NCBI GenBank assembly: GCA_028716665.1
Contig: JAQUPP010000001.1
Location: 128,467 to 192,466 of the forward strand
DNA: 64,000 bases
Direction of reading: 5' to 3'
From: Patescibacteria group bacterium
GTDB taxonomy: Bacteria > Patescibacteriota > Patescibacteriia > UBA2591 > JAQUPP01
In this document: piece by piece, positions 9,187-16,130 of the stretch
Layout of the letters: each line of letters opens with the position of its first letter
Position numbering within the stretch: the stretch's first letter is position 1
Position numbers and translations under genes: made by a program
Notes under the pieces: generated by a model
Seen by the model: only the letters and a program-made list of their open reading frames with translations
Told to the model about the DNA's origin: nothing
The model's database searches: none

Positions 9187-9270
9187 ATGCGCATCGGAAT
9201 TGACGCTCGTCCCAGTACTAGATTCGCCGGTAGGCAAATCAGTACGGGACATCGCTTTGTTAAGAGATAG
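9187..9270 (+). pseudogene. Abortive glycosyltransferase start interrupted by a palindromic element
   Basis: MRIGIDAR with the same leader (aattgaaaaa.tttatg) as the gene at 9315, then hairpin GTCCCAGTACT...AGTACGGGAC and a stop. Confidence 0.65.
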
Positions 9271-9314
9271 GAATAAGTAAGTTGAGTTTAATTGAGTTTT
9301 AATTGAAAAACTTT

Positions 9315-10451
9315 ATGAGAATAGGCATAGACGCTCGATTTTACGGCCCGACGGGCAAAGGAATCGGGCGCTACACTCAGGAACTTATCAAAAATCTTGA
9401 AGAAACCCGCCAAAATTTTGCTTCACAAAACTTAGGCGGGCAAAAAGATGATTATTTTATTTTCCTCCGCCAAGAGGGCTTTAATTTATATCATCCTCAA
9501 AACCCTCATTTTCACAAGGTTTTGGCCGATTATCCCTGGTATTCCTGGCAAGAGCAGATATTATTCCCCAGACAACTCGCCTCTCAACGCCTTGATTTGG
9601 TTCATTTTCTCCACTTTAATGTTCCTCTGTTTTATCTCGGCCGGTTTGTAGTGACGATTCATGATTTGACTCATAATCAAACTACTCCAAAAGCTTCAAC
9701 ACACTGGAAATCAATTTTTTATTTTAAAAAAATTATTTATTATTTGATTATTAAAAATGCCATGCAACGGGCGGAAAAAATTATCACGGTTTCTAATTTT
9801 ATTAAAGATTCAATTGTGAAACAATATAAAATTAATCCAAAAAAAATCTCTGTAACTTATGAAGCGACTGATATGGCGCCAAAGATTTCAGACTTTGAAC
9901 CGGTTTCGGAGCAGATCCCGGATAATTATTTATTATATATCGGCAATGCTTACCCGCACAAAAATTTGGAACGTTTAATCAAGGCTTTTAAAATTGTTTT
10001 ATCAAAACACCCGGGGATTCGTTTAATTTTAGTCGGGAAAATGGATTATTTTTATCATAATTTGCAAAAATTAACGCAAGAATTGGGGTTGGAAGAAAAA
10101 GTTATTTTTTCCGGTCAAGCTTCTGATGAAAAATTAGCTTGGCTTTATAAAAATGGTTTGGCTTATGTGTTTCCTTCTTTATCTGAGGGATTTGGCCTGC
10201 CCGGTTTGGAAGCAATGAAGTTCGGTCTACCGGTAATCGCCTCAAAACATCAACCCTTGCCTGAAATTTATGGTTCAGCTGCTTTATATTTTAATCCTAA
10301 AAACATAGAAGAAATGGCTGCAACCATTAATCAAGCTATAGAAAACAAAAATCTTCGCGAAGAACTAATTCAAAAAGGATTTGAACAAATTAAAAAATAT
10401 TCTTGGGAAAAATGCGCCCAAGAAACAGAAGAAATTTACAAAAATTTATGA
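9315..10451 (+). CDS. GT4 (glycosyltransferase family 1/4) glycosyltransferase
   Basis: MRIGIDAR, GIGRY, VVTIHDL, YIGNAYPHKNL, FPSLSEGFGLPGLEAM, YSWEKCA. ATG 9315 preferred over TTG 9303. Confidence 0.93.
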   Translation: MRIGIDARFYGPTGKGIGRYTQELIKNLEETRQNFASQNLGGQKDDYFIFLRQEGFNLYHPQNPHFHKVLADYPWYSWQEQILFPRQLASQRLDLVHFLHFNVPLFYLGRFVVTIHDLTHNQTTPKASTHWKSIFYFKKIIYYLIIKNAMQRAEKIITVSNFIKDSIVKQYKINPKKISVTYEATDMAPKISDFEPVSEQIPDNYLLYIGNAYPHKNLERLIKAFKIVLSKHPGIRLILVGKMDYFYHNLQKLTQELGLEEKVIFSGQASDEKLAWLYKNGLAYVFPSLSEGFGLPGLEAMKFGLPVIASKHQPLPEIYGSAALYFNPKNIEEMAATINQAIENKNLREELIQKGFEQIKKYSWEKCAQETEEIYKNL

Positions 10452-11008
10452 AAATCGGAATCGACGCCAGATTCTACGGCCCGACGGGCAAAGGAATCGG
10501 GCGCTACACTCAGGAACTTATCAAAAATCTTGAAGAAACCCGCCAAAATTTTGCTTCACAAAACTTAGGCGGGCAAAAAGATGATTATTTTATTTTCCTC
10601 CGCCAAGAGGGCTTTAATTTATATCATCCTCAAAACCCTCATTTTCACAAGGTTTTGGCCGATTATCCCTGGTATTCCTGGCAAGAGCAGATATTATTCC
10701 CCAGACAACTCGCCTCTCAACGCCTTGATTTAGTTCATTTTCTCCACTTTAATGTCCCTCTGTTTTATCTCGGCCGGTTTGTGGTGACGATTCATGATTT
10801 GACTTTATTGCAATACCCGACTCAACATAAAAATTCTTTAGCGAAATTTATATATTCTTTCAAACACGGATTTTTTATTTTAATTTTGAAAAATGCTCTG
10901 CGACGGGCGGAAAAAGTCATTACTGATTCGGAAAAATCGAAACAAGATTTGATTAAAAATTTCCATATAAAATCAGAAAAAATAAAAGTTGTTTATTTGG
11001 CCTGTTAG
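10448..11008 (+). CDS. GT4 N-terminal-domain-only protein (duplicate of the upstream N-domain)
   Basis: ATGA-coupled to the upstream stop. Nt 10475-10804 nearly identical to 9342-9671. Ends at VVYLAC with no C-terminal domain. Confidence 0.8.
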   Translation: MKIGIDARFYGPTGKGIGRYTQELIKNLEETRQNFASQNLGGQKDDYFIFLRQEGFNLYHPQNPHFHKVLADYPWYSWQEQILFPRQLASQRLDLVHFLHFNVPLFYLGRFVVTIHDLTLLQYPTQHKNSLAKFIYSFKHGFFILILKNALRRAEKVITDSEKSKQDLIKNFHIKSEKIKVVYLAC

Positions 11009-11073
11009 CGGTTAACTGAATAATTGATTGAAATTTTTTAAGACCATTTGGTCTTATTTTTTTGTGGGGGTTG

Positions 11074-11196
11074 ACCCCCTCACCAAACGCTGATGTGTTT
11101 TTTAAATAAGGATTCTATTTTTATTTATATAAAATTGAATTTAAAGATTTATAAGATAAAAAATCAAATATTTATCAGTGTTCTAGGTGAGGGGGT
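11074..11196. mobile_element. MITE-like element with GC-rich terminal inverted repeats
   Basis: ACCCCCTCACC-AAACGCTGAT ... ATCAGTGTT-CTA-GGTGAGGGGGT around an AT-rich core. GGGGGTTGAC occurs at both ends. Confidence 0.7.
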
Positions 11197-11229
11197 TGAC
11201 AAAAAGCGAAAAATATGCTTAAATATAAT
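11196..11229 (+). promoter_or_regulatory. Sigma70 promoter of the NUDIX gene
   Basis: TTGACA at 11196, with TTAAAT/TATAAT 17-22 nt downstream. Confidence 0.55.
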
Positions 11230-11285
11230 AGTCAAACAATTTAGTTTTGGCGCAAAAACAACAGTACCTTAAATAGGAGGATAAA

Positions 11286-11723
11286 ATGTCGAAAGCAAGT
11301 GTTTTTGTCTTATTGTTTAATGAATGGGGAGAAGTTTTATTGGTTCACAATAAAGAGACTCCTCCTACCGGTGATAAGCCTTTTACAAAGGAAGCAGGCT
11401 GGGGCTTACCTGGCGGCGGAATTGAAGAAGGCGAAACAAATTTGGTCGCATTAATTCGCGAGCTTGGAGAAGAAACCGGTATTGTCGCCGATCAGATAAA
11501 AATCGGTGAAAAAGAGATTGAAGAAGTAAAGGGAAATGGCCATCAGATTTTTACTCGTAGAGCAGATCTAAAAGTAAAATCAGATGACATAAAATTTGTT
11601 TCATCAACGTCCGATGTTGATGAAGCAGAATGGTATTTATTAGAAGAATTACCTGTGGATTTGTATAATAGCCACAGGAGAAGAATCAAAAATTTTATTT
11701 TGAATCAAAAGACCAACGTATAA
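11286..11723 (+). CDS. NUDIX hydrolase
   Basis: WGLPGGGIEEGET...ALIRELGEETGI Nudix box. AGGAGG SD. Terminator AAAAGACCAAC...GTTGGTCTTTTT at the end. Confidence 0.92.
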   Translation: MSKASVFVLLFNEWGEVLLVHNKETPPTGDKPFTKEAGWGLPGGGIEEGETNLVALIRELGEETGIVADQIKIGEKEIEEVKGNGHQIFTRRADLKVKSDDIKFVSSTSDVDEAEWYLLEELPVDLYNSHRRRIKNFILNQKTNV

Positions 11724-11807
11724 AGTTGGTCTTTTTCTATTTTACGACACACAAAGAGCTATTGTTTATTAGATAAAAGTTATTTTTATATAAATTATTA
11801 ACTTAAT

Positions 11808-11823
11808 TGTTCCACGTGGAACA
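11808..11823. promoter_or_regulatory. parS site (ParB binding)
   Basis: Perfect palindrome TGTTCCACGTGGAACA fitting the parS consensus TGTTNCACGTGAAACA. Confidence 0.9.
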
Positions 11824-11838
11824 ATTATCCCCCTGTCT

Positions 11839-12636
11839 TTAAAAACAAATCTTAATCGGCAGTTTAAATTGCTGGTTTAATTTTAAGATCTCCTGGCGAA
11901 CGTTATTTTCATAAATTCGCCTTTTTTGGAACAAAAGCTCTTGGCATTTTGGTATTAGTTCGGGGAAACTCGGTTCAAGGGCATTTTTGAAGTTTTGCCA
12001 ATTAGCCGGTGCAGTGTTAAAGGTATCCAATAAGACCTCATCTACCTTACCAACCAGATTCTTAAAGATAAGCGGCAAATCGGTTATATAGGGCAAAATA
12101 GGCCCAACAAAGGCATAAGTCGGAATGCCAGCTTGGTGAATGGTCTGGAGGGCTAGAAGTCTCTTTTCAGGTGAACTGGTGCCCGGTTCTAAGATCTTGG
12201 CTATTTTGGGATCAAGATTGATTAAACTGAAACCAACCTTTTTTTGCTTAAAACCTTTGATTAGTTCTATGTCTCGCAGAATAAGGTCAGATTTAGTCAG
12301 GATATTGATCGGCCATTGGTGCTCTAAGAGAATTTTGAGGCATTTCTGGGTAATTTGGTATTTTTGCTCTAAAGGATTGTAGGCGTCAGTAATGGTTGAA
12401 AAGAAAACATCATTTTTTGGCTTTCGTTTAACTTCTTTCTCCAATATATCCGGGGCGTTAATTTTAACCTCCATAAATTGACCCCATTTTTGATCGGGCT
12501 TGAATCGTTGAATAAACTGAAGGTTATAACAATAAACGCAGCCATGCGGACAGCCAGAATAAGGATTTAAGGTATAACTCTGAAAAGCTTTGGATTGGTT
12601 AAGAATAGATTTGGCTTGAATAAGCTTAATAGTCAT
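11839..12636 (-). CDS. Radical SAM protein, spore photoproduct lyase-like family
   Basis: LNPYSGCPHGCVYCY, STITDAY.P.E, ILTKSDLILRD, EPGTSSP. ATG 12636 used because the upstream MFHVEQ is just the parS translation. Confidence 0.88.
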   Translation of the reverse strand: MTIKLIQAKSILNQSKAFQSYTLNPYSGCPHGCVYCYNLQFIQRFKPDQKWGQFMEVKINAPDILEKEVKRKPKNDVFFSTITDAYNPLEQKYQITQKCLKILLEHQWPINILTKSDLILRDIELIKGFKQKKVGFSLINLDPKIAKILEPGTSSPEKRLLALQTIHQAGIPTYAFVGPILPYITDLPLIFKNLVGKVDEVLLDTFNTAPANWQNFKNALEPSFPELIPKCQELLFQKRRIYENNVRQEILKLNQQFKLPIKICF

Positions 12637-12655
12637 TTGATTTATAAAATGAAAT

Positions 12656-12671
12656 TGTTCCACGTGGAACA
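12656..12671. promoter_or_regulatory. parS site (ParB binding)
   Basis: Second perfect TGTTCCACGTGGAACA. Confidence 0.9.
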
Positions 12672-12760
12672 ATTTTGGTTTTATTAGCTACTTATTATAT
12701 AAAAAAAGAGTATTTTTTATTGTTTAAACATTATCTATGCGTCGTACAATGGAAATTAAA

Positions 12761-13504
12761 CTATACCCTTTGATTTAAGGTTTTATAAATAATTTTTTTC
12801 AAATCTTGACTGAATTTGGTTTTTAAAATTTTGTTCGCGTTGCCAATGGCTGATTCAAATTTTGAATCAAAATTTATTTTGCCCAAAATTTGCACACCGG
12901 AAATTTTACTTTCGGTTTTTGTTTGAGAAAATTGGTGAGATTGATAATTTTCAATAATGCCCAAAATCGGCGCTTTCAGTTCTTTCAACATTTTGATATT
13001 TTTGTTAACCGTTTCCATGGTGGTTTTAGATGGGGTGGCGACAATCAAGAATTCGGTTTTTTTAACTAATTTTAAAATGTCCAAAGCCGCGTCGCCAATG
13101 CCTGGTGGCATATCAATAATTAAAAAGTCCAAATCGCCCCATTGAGTAATGGTTAACAGTTCTAAAATAATATTGGAAATGTCTTCGCCTCTTAAAAGAG
13201 CCGGTTTTTTGCCCGTATAGTAAATAATGGACATAAATTTCAGGCCTTCAAATTCCGGCGGGATAATTCCTTTGTCTTCTTTTGGGAAGAGGTTGTTGAT
13301 TCCCAAAATGGTATGAGTTGAGGGTCCACAAAAGTCCAGGTCTAAAAGGCCTGTTTTTAAGCCATTTTTAGCCAAATTTAACGCCAAAACAGAGGCAATT
13401 GAGCTTTTGCCGATTCCTCCTTTGCCTCCGGAAACAGCAATAATAGTTTTAATGTTTTTTAATCTTTGATTAATGATGTTTGGTCGTGGATCCATAAATT
13501 TCAT
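12761..13504 (-). CDS. Mrp/MinD-family ATPase, probably ATPase-type HypB
   Basis: MDPR..I..RL, SGGKGGIGKS, LLDLDF.G, LRGEDIS..ILELLTITQW, IDMPPG.GD. Coupled to hypA. Confidence 0.85.
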   Translation of the reverse strand: MKFMDPRPNIINQRLKNIKTIIAVSGGKGGIGKSSIASVLALNLAKNGLKTGLLDLDFCGPSTHTILGINNLFPKEDKGIIPPEFEGLKFMSIIYYTGKKPALLRGEDISNIILELLTITQWGDLDFLIIDMPPGIGDAALDILKLVKKTEFLIVATPSKTTMETVNKNIKMLKELKAPILGIIENYQSHQFSQTKTESKISGVQILGKINFDSKFESAIGNANKILKTKFSQDLKKIIYKTLNQRV

Positions 13505-13896
13505 TTAATAGAATCTATCCAAACGCCCCGGCCTTTGATAATTTTGAAATCCGGGCTTTTGCATTTCGGACATCTGAGATAAGTATGGGCGATTTCGGGG
13601 ATAAAATGGATATATTCAGCTTCATTTTTATTGAGTTTTTTGAGGATTTTACTAAAATTCCATTGATGTTGGCAAATGCGGCATTTTAAAATCGCTTTTT
13701 CGGTTTTAATTTTTATTTTGCCGGTTATTTTTTTAAGTCGGCCGATTTGTTTTAAAGAAAACTTAAAAATATCCCTGTCTATTTGTTGCAGTTCGCCTAT
13801 TTTTAAATTAATTTCGGAAATTTTTTTCAGTTTATTCTTTTTTTGATATTTTATGGCCGAATAAACAACGGCCTGAGCTAATGACCATTCGTGCAT
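13501..13896 (-). CDS. hypA: Hydrogenase nickel incorporation protein HypA
   Basis: MHE N-terminus, IGELQ, CRIC and CPKC Zn site, IHFIPE, GRGV. Confidence 0.93.
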   Translation of the reverse strand: MHEWSLAQAVVYSAIKYQKKNKLKKISEINLKIGELQQIDRDIFKFSLKQIGRLKKITGKIKIKTEKAILKCRICQHQWNFSKILKKLNKNEAEYIHFIPEIAHTYLRCPKCKSPDFKIIKGRGVWIDSIK

Positions 13897-13931
13897 AAAA
13901 TATATTATACATAAATAAAAAGAAAACGCTA

Positions 13932-13960
13932 TTGACGTTTTTATAAAGTTGTGCTATATT
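13932..13960 (+). promoter_or_regulatory. Sigma70 promoter
   Basis: TTGACG-N17-TATATT with a TGC extension. Confidence 0.6.
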
Positions 13961-14020
13961 TATATTATAAGATATAATAATAAAAGATCGTAAATAATTT
14001 AAATCTTAAAAAATAATATT

Positions 14021-14908
14021 ATGGAAAAAATAAAATATACTCCATCTTTAGAGGAAGTAGAAAAAGCTGAAAAAATGATGACTTCTGAACAAAGAGAAAT
14101 GAGCCAACAAAAAGAAGCATTAGCTATTGAACAAGAACAGAAAAAGCAAGATTTTTTTGTTGCAGCTGAAGAAATTATTAAAAAAATTAAATCTATTGAA
14201 AATATTTCTAATGAAAAAAGAAGGGAGATATTTTTAGGATTGATGGAAAAGATAAATAATGTGCCGAATTATTTTGAAAATTCTGAAGTAATTGAAAAAA
14301 GAAAGGAAATTGTTGAAATGATATTGCCCGAATATCCTGTTCTCGAAGTTTATCCTGGTAAAGAAAAAGCAAAATATATTGGATATTCCATGGAAGAATA
14401 CTACAATCATCCTGCTGCTTTTTCTGTCGCCCCAGAAGTAGGCGGAGAAGAAAGAAAAACTGGGGTTATTGGTGATCAAATTTTCTATCCTGATTGGAAT
14501 AATAACCATAATGGGCAACAATTATTCGTTTTATTTGATAATGAGACAGGACCGGATTTCACAGAATTTTATAGCGAAAGATATGAAAATTTATTGGAAA
14601 AATATGGCTTCCCTCGAGAATTAAGTCTTCATACTTTTGCGAGTGGTGGGATGCCATATTTAGAAGATAATCCTGAATTAAAGGAAAGATTTGAAGCAAT
14701 AAAAGAAGAATTTAGAAATGAACTTAATGTTTTAAGAGAGGAAGCAGGTAAATATTGGTCTGAAGTTGTTCAAGATAAAAGAACATTGCGCATCGCTAAA
14801 TTAGCAACTTTGTTTTTAGATGGTGATTTTTTAATGAAAGACAAGGGGATTAGTAACAATAAGAATGTTGAAGATAATCCAGGGTATATTATATATAAAA
14901 ATAAATAA
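14021..14908 (+). CDS. Hypothetical acidic protein
   Basis: 295-aa ORF with its own promoter and A-rich codon usage. No recognisable domain. Confidence 0.8.
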   Translation: MEKIKYTPSLEEVEKAEKMMTSEQREMSQQKEALAIEQEQKKQDFFVAAEEIIKKIKSIENISNEKRREIFLGLMEKINNVPNYFENSEVIEKRKEIVEMILPEYPVLEVYPGKEKAKYIGYSMEEYYNHPAAFSVAPEVGGEERKTGVIGDQIFYPDWNNNHNGQQLFVLFDNETGPDFTEFYSERYENLLEKYGFPRELSLHTFASGGMPYLEDNPELKERFEAIKEEFRNELNVLREEAGKYWSEVVQDKRTLRIAKLATLFLDGDFLMKDKGISNNKNVEDNPGYIIYKNK

Positions 14909-15082
14909 TAAATTTGCCTCGATTTATTTCCGTTTAATCAGTGAAAAAGAATTTTTTATTACATCATACAACACGGCATATTTGATCTCGGCTTTTTACA
15001 AAAGCCTACCCCAAAATGCTTTACACTTTAGATATAGCTGATAAGTTATTTACATACTCTACAGGACGAAATTTATTTAAAA

Positions 15083-15120
15083 TAAAAAGAAAACGTTTAT
15101 TGATTAGCGTTTTCTTTTTA
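15083..15120. terminator. Bidirectional terminator
   Basis: TAAAAAGAAAACG...CGTTTTCTTTTTA. Confidence 0.7.
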
Positions 15121-15128
15121 TATTTTAA

Positions 15129-16124
15129 TTAAATAATACGAGACGCGGTCAATTGTTCTAAATAATTTTTTGGCTGGTTAATAATGATTTTTTTATTTAA
15201 TTTTTTCTGTCCGTATTTGACTATGGCTTTTTCGTCCGGTGCGTCGGAAAAGGCGGCGGTTAAAGCAGCCGCTTGAATAATAGCTTTTTGGCTAGCCGGA
15301 CCGATTAAAAGGCCGGTTGGGCCCGGATATTTGGCGGTTTCAAAATAATAATCTTTCGGATTTTTTAAAGCTTTTAATTTTTTATTTTCTTCAAAATTGC
15401 GGCCGATAATAATTTTATTTTTATCCACTCGCCAATGCCTCCCGATTTTTAAAAGGGAAATATCAGCATCGCTGATTTTTTTATTTTGATTGAATAAATC
15501 TTGTAATCTTTTGGCAAAACTTTTGTCAGTTAGAAGACAGCCGCCGGCCGGCGTAGGGAAATTTTTGATTCCCCATTTTTTAGCCAAAGCTAATTGGCGC
15601 TGGCGGGATCGTCCGGAAATATCCAGAAGATTATCTCTTTTGACCCAGCCCATTTTTTCCGCTTCGGTTTCCGAAAGCAATTTAGCGGACAGGGGACGCA
15701 GTAATTTTCCTTTTAATCCGGTTTGTTTTTCCACCAATTCCATGGCTTGGGAATGCTGAGACATCGGCCGCTGACCCAAAACTTCGCCGGTAAAAATAAA
15801 TTTCGCTCCTGTTTTTTTAGCCAATTGTTTGGCTTTTTTTAAAATAAAAATTCGGCAATCAATGCAAGGATTAATCGCCGAACCGTAATGATATTTCGGA
15901 TTTTGCACCATTTTTAAATAATCAGCCCCGGCTTTTATGGTTTTTAAAGGGATTTTTAATTTTTTGGCCGTTGTCTTGAGATTATTTTTTTTATCTTCGG
16001 GAATAAACGGAATTTCAACATTAAGGCAAATTACTTTAATGCCTTGTTTTTGCAATATTTTTGCCGCCAAAATAGAATCCAATCCGCCGGAAAAAAGTCC
16101 GATGGCTGTAATTTTTTTTGCCAT
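15129..16124 (-). CDS. PP-loop tRNA thiouridylase-like protein (ThiI-C/MnmA-like)
   Basis: LFSGGLDS, NPCIDC, TGEVLGQRPMSQ, LRPLSA, PAGGCLLT. Confidence 0.85.
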   Translation of the reverse strand: MAKKITAIGLFSGGLDSILAAKILQKQGIKVICLNVEIPFIPEDKKNNLKTTAKKLKIPLKTIKAGADYLKMVQNPKYHYGSAINPCIDCRIFILKKAKQLAKKTGAKFIFTGEVLGQRPMSQHSQAMELVEKQTGLKGKLLRPLSAKLLSETEAEKMGWVKRDNLLDISGRSRQRQLALAKKWGIKNFPTPAGGCLLTDKSFAKRLQDLFNQNKKISDADISLLKIGRHWRVDKNKIIIGRNFEENKKLKALKNPKDYYFETAKYPGPTGLLIGPASQKAIIQAAALTAAFSDAPDEKAIVKYGQKKLNKKIIINQPKNYLEQLTASRII

Positions 16125-16130
16125 AAAATT

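Noticed and set aside
9342-10804. DGR template/variable repeat pair (an Avd-like gene is in the window)
   Set aside because: The three mismatches are synonymous and not adenine-specific in one copy, both copies are at gene 5' ends, and no reverse transcriptase is present.
12637-12672. N-terminal extension MFHVEQ of the radical SAM protein
   Set aside because: It is the translation of the parS palindrome from a TTG; ATG 12636 is the better start.
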